From Chitinophagaceae bacterium (GTDB lineage: Bacteria > Bacteroidota > Bacteroidia > Chitinophagales > Chitinophagaceae), in NCBI GenBank assembly GCA_044238505.1, contig JBIIDB010000001.1, forward strand, positions 1 through 46,778: 46,778 bases of DNA, in the 5' to 3' direction. Below are positions 27,342 through 37,281 of the stretch, one piece after another. Every line of letters begins with the position of its first letter. Position 1 is the stretch's first letter. Position numbers and translations under genes: made by a program. The notes under the pieces are model-generated. The model ran no database searches, was not told the DNA's origin, and saw only the letters and a list, made by a program, of their open reading frames with translations.

Positions 27342-27977
27342 ATGGCAAAAGCAAGAAAACCCAAGCATATCGCAGTGGCCGGCAACATCGGAGCCGGTAA
27401 GACTACGCTCACTGAGTTGCTCAGTAAACATTACAAGTGGATCCCGCACTTTGAAGATGTAGACCATAATCCGTACCTCATGGATTTTTACGAGGATATG
27501 CCTCGCTGGAGTTTTAATCTGCAGATCTATTTTTTAAATAGTCGCCTTCGTCAATTGGTGGAGATCCAGCAGGGTACGGAGACCGTCATTCAGGACCGCA
27601 CCATTTACGAAGACGCCAACATCTTTGCCCCCAACCTGCATGAGATGGGACTGATGAGCAAGCGCGATTTCGATAATTATTTTCATTTTTTTCAGACCCT
27701 CAAATCGCTGGTACAACCCCCCGACCTGCTCATTTATCTCCAGGCTTCGGTACCTACCTTGGTAGGGCAAATTCAGAAGCGGGGTCGGGATTACGAAGAA
27801 AACATTCGGCTGGATTATCTCAAGAAGCTCAATGAATATTACAACAAGTGGATCGGGGAGTACAAAGAGGGTAAACTGCTGGTGGTCGACGTAGACAAAA
27901 ACAAATTCGCCGAGCGGGAAGAAGATCTGGGCGAAATTATCTCTAAGGTCGATGCGGCCTTATACGGACTATTCTAA
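27342..27977 (+). CDS. Deoxynucleoside kinase
   Basis: AGNIGAGKTT, QDRTIYED, PDLLIYL, KRGRDYE. Confidence 0.93.
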   Translation: MAKARKPKHIAVAGNIGAGKTTLTELLSKHYKWIPHFEDVDHNPYLMDFYEDMPRWSFNLQIYFLNSRLRQLVEIQQGTETVIQDRTIYEDANIFAPNLHEMGLMSKRDFDNYFHFFQTLKSLVQPPDLLIYLQASVPTLVGQIQKRGRDYEENIRLDYLKKLNEYYNKWIGEYKEGKLLVVDVDKNKFAEREEDLGEIISKVDAALYGLF

Positions 27978-27989
27978 TTATCGGTTGCC

Positions 27990-29279
27990 ATGAAATATCA
28001 TCGTCTCAACGCGGACTTGTTTGTCAAGAACCGCGCTCGTTTTGTAGCGCAGTTACCGCCTCGCTGCATTGCTATCTTTGTCAGCAACGATGCGTTTCCT
28101 TCCAATGGAGACGCCTTACATTCTTTTAAGCAGAATAGCGACCTGTACTGGCTATCCGGAATTGAGCAAGAGGAAAGCATGGTGATCCTTTTTCCAGATC
28201 ATCCCGATGCGCGTTATCGGGAGGTCTTGGTCTTGGAGCGTCCCAATGAGTTAAAAGAGAAATGGGATGGAAAGCGTCTGCGGGTAGGCGAGGCGCAAGC
28301 CATCAGTGGTATGACCACGATAGTATGGCTCGATCAGCTAGACGCCTTATTGCCCGTTTGGGTTCACCTCGCCGATACGATCTGTCTGGACAGCAACGAA
28401 AATGACCGAAAGTCCAGCTGGCTTCGCACCCGCGAGTATCGGTTTATCGATGAGATGCAACAGCGATACCCACTGCACCAGTACTGTCGTGCGGCTAAGA
28501 TCATGAACCAGCTTCGGGCCATAAAATCGGCCGAGGAGGTAGCGGTCATTCAACAGGCTATTGATATTACAGAAACCACCTTTCGGAGGTTGCTTTCCTT
28601 TATAAAACCCGGGGTGATGGAGTACGAGATCGAAGCAGAGATCTTTCACTCTTTCTTAAGCCAGCGCGCTACCGGCCCTGCCTATGGAAGTATCATCGCC
28701 AGTGGCGACCGGGCGCGAACCCTGCATTATGTCTCCAACAACCAGCCTTGTTTGGCGGGTGAATTGTTACTGATGGATTTTGGCGCCGAGTACGGGGGCT
28801 ATTGCGCAGACCTTACGCGCACGGTTCCGGTAAGTGGAAAATTCAGTAAGCGGCAACGCAGTGTTTACAATGCTTGTCTTCATTTGCATAACTATGCCAA
28901 GAGTCTGCTGCGCCCGGGCATCACCATTTTGGACTATACCGAAAAGATCGGCGAAGAGGCCACACAACAGTTCCTAAAATTGGGATTGCTCCGTAAATCG
29001 GATGTAAAGAACGAAGACCCGCAGAACCGAGCGTACCGAAAATACCTCTACCATGGTATCTCGCATCATCTCGGTATTGATGTGCACGATCTGGGCACCA
29101 AGACCGACCCTGTTCGGGCTGGCATGGTCTTTACGATCGAGCCGGGTATCTATATCGAGGAAGAGAAGATGGGAATTCGTATCGAGAACAATGTGTGGAT
29201 CACCCGTAACGGCAACAAGGATCTGATGAAAAACATTCCCATTACCGCCGACGATATAGAGGCGTTGATGAAAAAATAA
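27990..29279 (+). CDS. pepP: Xaa-Pro aminopeptidase (M24B)
   Basis: TLHY, DFGAE...DLTRT, HGISHHLGIDVHD, TIEPGIY, GIRIENN. Confidence 0.92.
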   Translation: MKYHRLNADLFVKNRARFVAQLPPRCIAIFVSNDAFPSNGDALHSFKQNSDLYWLSGIEQEESMVILFPDHPDARYREVLVLERPNELKEKWDGKRLRVGEAQAISGMTTIVWLDQLDALLPVWVHLADTICLDSNENDRKSSWLRTREYRFIDEMQQRYPLHQYCRAAKIMNQLRAIKSAEEVAVIQQAIDITETTFRRLLSFIKPGVMEYEIEAEIFHSFLSQRATGPAYGSIIASGDRARTLHYVSNNQPCLAGELLLMDFGAEYGGYCADLTRTVPVSGKFSKRQRSVYNACLHLHNYAKSLLRPGITILDYTEKIGEEATQQFLKLGLLRKSDVKNEDPQNRAYRKYLYHGISHHLGIDVHDLGTKTDPVRAGMVFTIEPGIYIEEEKMGIRIENNVWITRNGNKDLMKNIPITADDIEALMKK

Positions 29280-29282
29280 CGC

Positions 29283-30050
29283 ATGATCAAGCAGCTTCCC
29301 AATTTATTTACCTTATTGAATTTGTTTTTTGGTTGTCTGGCCATTGTCAGTGGACTGCAATCCGGACTAATCGTAGCGACGCGTCCCGAAGGACAATTGT
29401 ATGTGGATATCCCCGAAGAGATCTGGATGGCCTCTTTGTTTATCGGGTTGGCGGGCGTGGTTGATTTTCTGGACGGATTCCTGGCCCGCGCCCTTGGTGC
29501 CGATTCGGCTATGGGCAAGCAACTCGACTCGCTGGCCGACCTGGTAAGTTTTGGGGTGGCGCCCGCTTTGCTGGTCTATCATTTTTTACGACTGTCGTGG
29601 GCACAACATCCGTCAGCCATGGAGTTGAATGCGGCTGTGCTGTGGCCGGCTTTTTTCTTGCCGTTGGCTGCCGCGTGGCGGTTGGCTCGTTTTAACCTGG
29701 CCTCAGCCTCGCTGCAGGTATTCACGGGTCTTCCGGTGCCAGCCGCCGGTTTATTTCTGGCTTCGTTGCCGTTGATCTATTGGAATGTAGAGCTGGAGTG
29801 GGTTGTTTCGCTCTTGCTGAATGCGTATTTTTTATATGCGATAATCGGATTGCTCTCTTGGCTGATGGTCTCTCGTGTTCCCTTACTGACACTTAAGTTC
29901 TCTTCGTTCTCCTGGGCCGCCAACCGACCTCGTTATCTGCTGATTGCCTTATCGCTCCTATCGGTTATCCTAGTGCAGTGGTTGGCCCTTCCTCTTATCA
30001 TCATCCTGTACGTTCTCTTATCTTTGTTCTTTAAAAAACAACTTGTATGA
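29283..30050 (+). CDS. pssA: CDP-alcohol phosphatidyltransferase (phosphatidylserine synthase)
   Basis: PNLFTLLN, DFLDGFLAR, GKQLDSLADLVSFGVAP, RLARFN, FTGLPVP. Confidence 0.88.
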   Translation: MIKQLPNLFTLLNLFFGCLAIVSGLQSGLIVATRPEGQLYVDIPEEIWMASLFIGLAGVVDFLDGFLARALGADSAMGKQLDSLADLVSFGVAPALLVYHFLRLSWAQHPSAMELNAAVLWPAFFLPLAAAWRLARFNLASASLQVFTGLPVPAAGLFLASLPLIYWNVELEWVVSLLLNAYFLYAIIGLLSWLMVSRVPLLTLKFSSFSWAANRPRYLLIALSLLSVILVQWLALPLIIILYVLLSLFFKKQLV

Positions 30051-30298
30051 CCTATACCGTCGAGATCAAAGTGATGCCCTTGAAAGAGTTGCTCGATCCG
30101 CAGGGAAAAGCCGTTTTGGGAGGGCTTGCCAATCTGGGACTGGCTGCCATACAAGATGTGCGTGTCGGAAAAAATATTACCGTACAGGTTATTGCCGACT
30201 CGGCCGATCAAGCCAAAGCATTGGCCCACACAGCAGCCGAGAAGTTACTGGCCAATCCGGTTATGGAGTATTTTGAGCTGGATTGTAGGCCTGCCTAA
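30047..30298 (+). CDS. purS: FGAM synthase subunit PurS
   Basis: LLDPQGKAV, VRVGK, LLANPVME. Confidence 0.95.
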   Translation: MTYTVEIKVMPLKELLDPQGKAVLGGLANLGLAAIQDVRVGKNITVQVIADSADQAKALAHTAAEKLLANPVMEYFELDCRPA

Positions 30299-30325
30299 TC
30301 GCAGCGCTCACCAATTATTTATTAG

Positions 30326-31063
30326 TTGCAAAAAGCAGCTGCCGATATTGCCCATGACCTTGCTAAAGGTGCCGAAGAAAGCCGACCGGCTCCCTCGCTT
30401 TACCTGGTACCCACTCCCATTGGAAATTTAAAGGACATCACCCTTCGCGCGCTCGAGGTGTTACGTAGCGTTGACGTGATCTTGGCAGAAGACACGCGCA
30501 CCACAAGTGTGCTCTTACAACATTACCAGATACAACGACCCGTTACCGCGTATCACCAGCATAACGAGCATAAGTTGGTGCCCCAACTCGTGCAACAACT
30601 CTCGGCAGGTTCGATGATGGCCCTTGTTACCGATGCCGGCACGCCCGGTATCTCCGATCCTGCTTTTTTGCTCGTGCGGGCTTGCGTGCAGGCCGGACTT
30701 GCCATTGAAACCCTGCCCGGGGCCACTGCATTTGTGCCCGCGCTGGTCAACAGTGGTATCCCCGCTAATCGGTTTTGTTTCGAAGGATTTTTGCCCTTGA
30801 AAAAAGGTAGACAAACCTTGCTTAAACAGTTGGCGACTGAGCCTCGTACTATGATCTTTTATGAATCGCCGCTGCGGTTGTGCAAAACGCTCGAAGAATT
30901 TTGTCTGGTATTCGGAGAAGAAAGACGTTGCAGCGTCAGCCGCGAGCTGACCAAACTTTTTGAAGAACAATTTCGGGGTACACTTCGCGAATGCCATACC
31001 CATTTTGCCGCTAAAAAAGTAAAAGGAGAGATAGTGCTGGTAGTAGCCGGCCTTGATGTATAA
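30326..31063 (+). CDS. rsmI: 16S rRNA C1402 2'-O-methyltransferase; start uncertain
   Basis: LYLVPTPIGNL.DIT.RA, AEDTR, DAGTPGISDP, FEGFLP, YESP, SRELTK, KGEIV. Confidence 0.95.
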   Translation: MQKAAADIAHDLAKGAEESRPAPSLYLVPTPIGNLKDITLRALEVLRSVDVILAEDTRTTSVLLQHYQIQRPVTAYHQHNEHKLVPQLVQQLSAGSMMALVTDAGTPGISDPAFLLVRACVQAGLAIETLPGATAFVPALVNSGIPANRFCFEGFLPLKKGRQTLLKQLATEPRTMIFYESPLRLCKTLEEFCLVFGEERRCSVSRELTKLFEEQFRGTLRECHTHFAAKKVKGEIVLVVAGLDV

Positions 31064-31080
31064 CTGTTAAATCAAACACT

Positions 31081-32982
31081 ATGCAACGGATTCTTGGGTT
31101 GACGATATTTTATACTTCGCTGGTTTTTCAAACACTGGCGCAAGGAAGTGGTTGGCAGCAACGCGTGCACTATAAAATGGATGTAAAGCTGAATGTGCAG
31201 ACCAATCGATTTGCAGGTACCCAACAGTTGGAATACTGGAACAATTCGCCCGATACGCTCAAGAAGCTCTATTATCATCTTTATTTCAATGCCTTTCAAC
31301 CCGGCAGCATGATGGATACGCGCAGCCGCCGACAAGGCACTATTCAAGTGGGGCGCGGCGCCGATTGGGATAATCGTGTCAAGGATCGGATTGTGCAGCT
31401 AAAGCCCGAAGAGATCGGTGAGCAAAAAGTACTGTGGCTAAAAATGAACGGCCGCCTGCAACAGTTACACACTCACGAGACCATTCTAGAAGTAATACTG
31501 GATAAGCCCATTTTACCCAAATCAAAAGTGATGCTCGATCTGGCTTTTGAAGGACAAGTTCCTTTGCAGATCAGAAGAAGCGGGCGTGATAATGCCACTA
31601 CAAAAGTGCGTTACTCCATGAGCCAGTGGTATCCCAAGCTGTGCGCCTACGACCAGGATGGCTGGCATCCCAACCCGTATGTGGGTCGAGAGTTTTATGG
31701 TATTTGGGGTAATTACGACGTTCGCATCACCCTCGACAAAAATTATATAGTAGGGGGAACCGGCTATTTGCAAAACCCACAGCAGATCGGGTATGGTTAT
31801 GAAAAGCCCGGCTCGGTGGTAACAAGGCCTGCGGGCAATGAACTCACCTGGCATTTCTATGCGCCGCAAGTACACGATTTCATGTGGGCCGCCGATCCTG
31901 ACTATGTTCATCGATCCGTAAAGCTGCGTGACAGTATTCCCGCTGCCCGCAATGGAGGCATTGCACAACAGGAACTAACGCTCCACTTGCTGTATAAACC
32001 TACCAATGTAAAAGCGGCGGAGTGGGAAAAGATCTTGGTAGATGCGCAAAAAGCATTGCCATTTATCGAAAAGCATTTTGGGGCTTATCCGTATAAGCAG
32101 TACTCCTTTATTCATGGAGGCGACGGTGGAATGGAATATCCTATGTCTACGCTATTGATCGGTCCGGGAGCGTGGTTACATGAGTGGATGCATAGTTGGT
32201 ACCAAGGGGTGCTTGCTACCAATGAATCACTTTATGGCTGGATGGACGAAGGATTTACCAGTTATGCCGAGGACCGCATCAGTGCTTTTTTAACGGCCGA
32301 TACAGGATTTGCGCAGGCCGGCTCTTACCGGGGCTATGTGTCGCTGGCCAAGAGTGGACGAGAAGAACCGCTCACTACCCATGCCGATCATTACAATACC
32401 AACGCTGCTTATTCGGCTGCGGTGTATTCGAAAGGAGCCGTCTTTATGGAGCAACTGGGCTACCTGGTGGGCGCTGCGGTAAGAGATCAGATCTTACTCG
32501 ATTACTATCAGCAATACAAATTTCGTCATCCTACCTCCAACGATTTTATTCGTGTAGCTGAAAAAAGAAGTGGGCTGGAGCTCGATTGGTACAAGGATTA
32601 TTGGATTCATTCAACCAAAACAATAGACTATGCGATCGACAGCGTGTGGGAAGAAACCGGTCGCACGCAGATCCGCATCAAGCGCGTAGGGTTAATGCCT
32701 ATGCCCATCGATGTGCACCTTACCTTCAATGACGGCACACGCGAATTACATTATGTGCCCCTCGATCTTATGTATGGGCAGAAGCCCGCAGAGGACAGCA
32801 CGTTACAGCCTATCCTCTATCCCGCCTGGAAATGGACGCATGCGACCTACGTGGTGGCCACGTCCAGAAAGCTGACTGATATGCTACAGATAGAGATCGA
32901 TGCTTCGCAGCGGTTGGCCGACATTGATCGCAAGAATAATGTATTGAAGCTTGATTGGTCACCCGCCAAGCCGCTGCAGTAA
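31081..32982 (+). CDS. Secreted M1-family zinc aminopeptidase
   Basis: Signal peptide, GGMEY, HEWMH...WMDEG, YSKGA. Confidence 0.9.
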   Translation: MQRILGLTIFYTSLVFQTLAQGSGWQQRVHYKMDVKLNVQTNRFAGTQQLEYWNNSPDTLKKLYYHLYFNAFQPGSMMDTRSRRQGTIQVGRGADWDNRVKDRIVQLKPEEIGEQKVLWLKMNGRLQQLHTHETILEVILDKPILPKSKVMLDLAFEGQVPLQIRRSGRDNATTKVRYSMSQWYPKLCAYDQDGWHPNPYVGREFYGIWGNYDVRITLDKNYIVGGTGYLQNPQQIGYGYEKPGSVVTRPAGNELTWHFYAPQVHDFMWAADPDYVHRSVKLRDSIPAARNGGIAQQELTLHLLYKPTNVKAAEWEKILVDAQKALPFIEKHFGAYPYKQYSFIHGGDGGMEYPMSTLLIGPGAWLHEWMHSWYQGVLATNESLYGWMDEGFTSYAEDRISAFLTADTGFAQAGSYRGYVSLAKSGREEPLTTHADHYNTNAAYSAAVYSKGAVFMEQLGYLVGAAVRDQILLDYYQQYKFRHPTSNDFIRVAEKRSGLELDWYKDYWIHSTKTIDYAIDSVWEETGRTQIRIKRVGLMPMPIDVHLTFNDGTRELHYVPLDLMYGQKPAEDSTLQPILYPAWKWTHATYVVATSRKLTDMLQIEIDASQRLADIDRKNNVLKLDWSPAKPLQ

Positions 32983-33024
32983 TACATGGGTTGATAAGGG
33001 CGCTTTTGTATGGATAAGACGGGC

Positions 33025-33054
33025 GCACGAAACAGCACGCAACAGCACGCAACG
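33025..33054. repeat. Three-copy 10-bp tandem repeat between convergent genes
   Basis: GCACGAAACA GCACGCAACA GCACGCAACG. Confidence 0.7.
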
Positions 33055-33078
33055 GAATGACAGGGGAGGGCGATCCGG

Positions 33079-33744
33079 TTACCGCTCTACATACAGCAGG
33101 TATTTTTCACGAAAGAAGGCTTCGCTGAACAGGGTATGGATATCTACCACGTGCGGACGGGTTCCGCTTTGTTGGATCTCGAGCGCCAGATCGCCTCCTT
33201 TCAGACAAATAAGACCGGTGGGAGCGTTGTTGCCTGCCACGGCAGATCGAGTGCGGATCAGGGGCTTACTCCAGCGCCACAGATCGCCCAGCGAGGCTAC
33301 CGCCCTTGATACCACATAATCGAATTGCCGTTGCTTTATTTCTTCTGCGCGGGTGTGTTGCACGGTTAGGTTTTGCAGGCCCAATGCCTCGGCGATGGCT
33401 TGCACTACTTTTAGTTTTTTGGCAATGCTGTCGACCAAATGAAACTGTACGGCTGGAAAGAATATTGCCAAAGGCAATCCGGGAAATCCGCCTCCGGTAC
33501 CCAGATCCAGAATGGTCGTATCCTTGGCAAACGAAAAATTCGCGGCGATGCTGAGTGAATGCAAGACATGTTTTTCGTAAAGGGCATCAATGTCCTTACG
33601 GGAAATCACATTGATCTTTTCGTTCCATGCTGCATACAACGGGCCCAGTTGCTCGTATTGTTCGCGTTGCAGCTGGGTGAATTCATCGAAGTATTTTTCG
33701 ATGAGCGCAAGGCCGGCCGGCCCGTTGGGTTGCAGTGTACTCAT
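33079..33744 (-). CDS. rsmG: 16S rRNA G527 N7-methyltransferase
   Basis: WNEKINVIS, HVLHSL, LDLGTGGGFPG, VDSIAKK, SRAVA, LKGG. Confidence 0.96.
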   Translation of the reverse strand: MSTLQPNGPAGLALIEKYFDEFTQLQREQYEQLGPLYAAWNEKINVISRKDIDALYEKHVLHSLSIAANFSFAKDTTILDLGTGGGFPGLPLAIFFPAVQFHLVDSIAKKLKVVQAIAEALGLQNLTVQHTRAEEIKQRQFDYVVSRAVASLGDLWRWSKPLIRTRSAVAGNNAPTGLICLKGGDLALEIQQSGTRPHVVDIHTLFSEAFFREKYLLYVER

Positions 33745-33747
33745 GGG

Positions 33748-34869
33748 TTAATTCCAGCTTTTGGCGGGCCTTCTCCATAGGGCCGGAAAAAAGAGCAGGT
33801 AGTAGAAGAACATCCACATGTCCAGCAGGATGAACCAGGGCCAGAGATCTTTTTCGTCGAGCTTACCCATGGCCCGATAAAGAACCACCGCTTGCCAGAG
33901 GAGTTTCGTGCCGGCTATGGCGGCCACATAGGGCCAGGGACAGAGTAGCAGCGCAGCCACCAGTAACGGATAAAAAGCGAATTGAGTAATAAAGTAGAGG
34001 CCAAGCAGAAAGGAATGCAAGGGTTTGTAATACTTGGCCGTGGTATAATGTCTGGACTTTTGTTTCAGCCAACCGGCCCAAGTGGTCTTGGGGATCGATC
34101 GGGTAATAGCCTCCGCATCGATCATCACGGCTGTGTTGTGGCGGGTAGCTACCCGGTTGATGAAGAGGTCGTCGTCTCCGCTGGGAATATGGTTGATGGC
34201 CGAGAATCCCTTGTTGCGCAAGAAAAGATCTTTTCTATACGAGAGATTGCGTCCTACGCCCATGTAGGGAATGCCCGCCAGCGCATAAGAGAAGTATTGC
34301 AAGGCCGTATGGAACGTTTCGAAGCGAATCAACTTATTGAGCAATCCTTTTGTTTTGTGATAAGCGCCGTAGCCCAGCACGATCTCGGTGCCCTCTGTGT
34401 ATGCATCCTGCATCTTTTGCATCCAATGTTCGCTGGCGGGCACACAGTCGGAGTCAGTGAGCAGCAAAATTTCGTGCTTGGCCTCGCGAATGCCAATGGA
34501 CAGCGGATATTTTTTTCCACTGATGAGCTTGGCTTCTTGCTGTAACTCGACCACCTGTAAGTGCTTGAACGTTTTTTTAAGTTCTTGCAAAATATATTTT
34601 GAATCATCGGTCGAATTATCGTTGACAACAATCACCTCTTTGGTGCTGGGATAGTCTTGTACCAGCACTCCGGGCAAGTTGCGTGCCAGGTTCTCGTCTT
34701 CGTCGCGGGCACAGATAATCACCGATACGGGATGCTGAAAATGACGGGTACGGGGTGCAGGACGATAAAAAGCAACACGGCTAAAGAACCAGCCGTAGTA
34801 AAAGAGTTGGATACACGCTACACACCCAAAAACAATAAGGAGAATACTGCTCCAGTTGGCCATCAACAT
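33748..34869 (-). CDS. Membrane GT2 glycosyltransferase (start moved to ATG 34869)
   Basis: SVIICARDE, NDNSTD, TDSDC, SGDDDL, QKSRH, TM helices; TATCTTCG box 5 nt upstream. Confidence 0.9.
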   Translation of the reverse strand: MLMANWSSILLIVFGCVACIQLFYYGWFFSRVAFYRPAPRTRHFQHPVSVIICARDEDENLARNLPGVLVQDYPSTKEVIVVNDNSTDDSKYILQELKKTFKHLQVVELQQEAKLISGKKYPLSIGIREAKHEILLLTDSDCVPASEHWMQKMQDAYTEGTEIVLGYGAYHKTKGLLNKLIRFETFHTALQYFSYALAGIPYMGVGRNLSYRKDLFLRNKGFSAINHIPSGDDDLFINRVATRHNTAVMIDAEAITRSIPKTTWAGWLKQKSRHYTTAKYYKPLHSFLLGLYFITQFAFYPLLVAALLLCPWPYVAAIAGTKLLWQAVVLYRAMGKLDEKDLWPWFILLDMWMFFYYLLFFPALWRRPAKSWN

Positions 34870-34874
34870 GGGGG

Positions 34875-34902
34875 CGAAGATAACAAGATACTTGTATCTT
34901 GC
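34875..34902. promoter_or_regulatory. Bidirectional promoter core for GT2 and tgt
   Basis: Perfect inverted repeat CAAGATAC-TT-GTATCTTG (34884-34901), plus minus-strand TATCTTCG. Confidence 0.6.
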
Positions 34903-34908
34903 ATTCGT

Positions 34909-36048
34909 ATGGCTGCCTTGCGATTCCAACTGGAAAAAACAGATGCTTCGGTCACTGCCCGTGCCGGCGTGCTGACCACCGACCATGGTCAGATTCCGAC
35001 ACCTGTCTTTATGCCAGTGGGTACGGCCGGAACGGTTAAAGCGCTTACGCAGCAACAGCTCGAGCATGATGTCGATGCTCCCATTATTTTGGGTAATACC
35101 TATCACCTGTATTTGCGGCCGGGGCTCGAGGTGATGGAAGCGGCCGGCGGGCTCCACCGATTTATGGGTTGGAACCGCAGTTTGCTTACCGATAGCGGCG
35201 GCTACCAGGTCTTCTCACTGTCCGGTACTCGCAAAATCTCCGAAGAAGGCGTTACGTTTCGTTCCCATATCGATGGCAGTACCCATTTATTTACCCCCGA
35301 GTCGGTCATGGATATCCAGCGGATCATAGGTGCCGACATCATTATGGCCTTTGACGAGTGCCCTCCAGCCGAAAGTGATCACCACTATGCCCGAAAATCG
35401 ATGGAGCTGACCCACCGGTGGCTGGATCGCTGTATAGCCCGCTTTCATCAAACCCCGGACCGCTACGGGCACTCCCAACATTTGTTTCCTATTGTACAGG
35501 GAGGGGTGTACCGCGACCTGCGTCAGCTTTCGTGTGAGTATGTTCGTTCCAAAGACACTGCTGGTTATGCCATTGGGGGATTGAGTGTGGGAGAACCGGA
35601 GGCGCAGCTCTATGATATCTGCGGATGGTCCTGCGAGCATCTGCCCACAGACCGGCCCCGCTACCTGATGGGCGTTGGCACACCCTGGAATCTGCTGGAG
35701 TGTATAGCACTGGGCGTAGATATGTTCGATTGTGTGATGCCTACCCGTAACGGACGTAATGCCATGCTGTTTACCAGCGAGGGGGTTGTTAATATCGACA
35801 ACAAAAAATGGGAGCATGACTTTTCGCCGCTTGACCGTACTATCGGTGCTGCGGTCAGTGAGACATATTCGCGGGCCTATCTGCGACATCTCATCAAGTC
35901 AAAAGAGATCCTGGGGTATACGCTGGCCAGTATACATAACCTCTGTTTTTATCAGTGGTTGATGCGGGAGGCCCGGTCCCATATTCTGCAAGGTGATTTT
36001 CCCGCGTGGAAGACCACCATGGTGGCCCGCCTTCAGCAACGTTGCTAA
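34909..36048 (+). CDS. tgt: tRNA-guanine transglycosylase (start moved to ATG 34909)
   Basis: TPVFMPVGT, NTYHL, TDSGGYQ, FDEC, GGLSVGE, YLMGVG, DMFDCVMPTR. Confidence 0.97.
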   Translation: MAALRFQLEKTDASVTARAGVLTTDHGQIPTPVFMPVGTAGTVKALTQQQLEHDVDAPIILGNTYHLYLRPGLEVMEAAGGLHRFMGWNRSLLTDSGGYQVFSLSGTRKISEEGVTFRSHIDGSTHLFTPESVMDIQRIIGADIIMAFDECPPAESDHHYARKSMELTHRWLDRCIARFHQTPDRYGHSQHLFPIVQGGVYRDLRQLSCEYVRSKDTAGYAIGGLSVGEPEAQLYDICGWSCEHLPTDRPRYLMGVGTPWNLLECIALGVDMFDCVMPTRNGRNAMLFTSEGVVNIDNKKWEHDFSPLDRTIGAAVSETYSRAYLRHLIKSKEILGYTLASIHNLCFYQWLMREARSHILQGDFPAWKTTMVARLQQRC

Positions 36049-36096
36049 GGATTCATTTTAACAGGGGCTCCGTTTTTTTTAAGCTATTTTTGGCGC

Positions 36097-37194
36097 ATGC
36101 AGAAGTTAGACTGGTACATACTCAAGAAGTTCCTGGTCACTTTCCTTTTCTGTATGCTGCTCTTTACTGTGGTGGCTGTTGCTGTGGATATAAGCGAAAA
36201 GACCGATGATTTTGTAAAGTCCGGTCTCTCTTCGCGCCAGTTGTTCGACCAATATTATATTGGATTTATTCCTCATATCTGGAGTTTGCTTTTTCCGTTG
36301 TTCGTGTTTATCGCGGTCATTTTTTTTACCTCTAAAATGGCTACTCAATCAGAGATCATTGCTATTTTAAGTAGCGGTACCCCTTATGCCCGGTTACTGC
36401 GCCCTTACTGGGTCGGCGGTCTTCTTCTCGCTACACTATGGTGGGTGGGCAATCGTTACTGGATCCCCAAGGCTAACATCGTGCGCAGTACCTTTCAGAC
36501 CAATTATCTCGATCGGAACGATCCTTCCAAGAATATGTACTATGGTAATTGTGCGGCTTGTTATTACTTGCGCACCGATAGCAACACCTTTGTGGGTATT
36601 CGTGATTATGATACCATTTCGAAATCGGCTCGGGGTCTTTTTGTAGAGCGGATCAGCGGAGATCGGCTCGTTTATAATCTGCGTGCAGAAAGTATGGTGT
36701 GGGATACGCTCTCCAAAAAATGGAAGCTCTACCGTGTAACTGAACGTCGCCTCGACAGTATGGGCGAGCGAATGACTCCTTATGATACCCTGTTACTCTC
36801 GCTGAACGTGCTGCCCGAAGAGCTGCGCCGCGACGATTACTTGAAAGATAAGTTGACCACACCCGAGCTGAGCCGCTTTATACGGCGCGAGGAGCTGCGG
36901 GGTACCGAAGGACTCAATGCCATGCGGATCGAAAGATACCGGCGTACTTCCGGCGCATTCAGTGTTTTATTACTTACACTCATCGGGGTCATCATAGCGA
37001 CTCGTAAGACCCGCGGGGGTAGCGGTATGCACTTAGCCCTGGGTATCATTATTGCCTCGGTTTTTATTATTTCGGACCGCTTTTCGACGGTGTTTGCCAC
37101 CAAGGGTGATCTGCCTCCGCTATTGGCTGCGTGGCTTCCCAACCTGGTTTTTTCGTTGGTAGCCCTAAAAATGTACAGAACTACGCCAAAGTAA
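36097..37194 (+). CDS. LptF/LptG family LPS export permease
   Basis: KLDWYI start, three TM, SEIIAILSSG, periplasmic domain, three TM, AAWLPN. Confidence 0.9.
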   Translation: MQKLDWYILKKFLVTFLFCMLLFTVVAVAVDISEKTDDFVKSGLSSRQLFDQYYIGFIPHIWSLLFPLFVFIAVIFFTSKMATQSEIIAILSSGTPYARLLRPYWVGGLLLATLWWVGNRYWIPKANIVRSTFQTNYLDRNDPSKNMYYGNCAACYYLRTDSNTFVGIRDYDTISKSARGLFVERISGDRLVYNLRAESMVWDTLSKKWKLYRVTERRLDSMGERMTPYDTLLLSLNVLPEELRRDDYLKDKLTTPELSRFIRREELRGTEGLNAMRIERYRRTSGAFSVLLLTLIGVIIATRKTRGGSGMHLALGIIIASVFIISDRFSTVFATKGDLPPLLAAWLPNLVFSLVALKMYRTTPK

Positions 37195-37281
37195 AAACTT
37201 CGAGGCCTAATTTTTGTTACAGGAACGGGCTTCGCCTAATTTTGCACCATCTTTTAGGACGCCTTTTCAAAAAATTGTCAT

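Noticed and set aside
34657-35157. Apparent 500-bp overlap of the GT2 and tgt ORFs
   Set aside because: Artefact of longest-ORF calling; recognisable sequence and promoter boxes put the starts at 34869 and 34909
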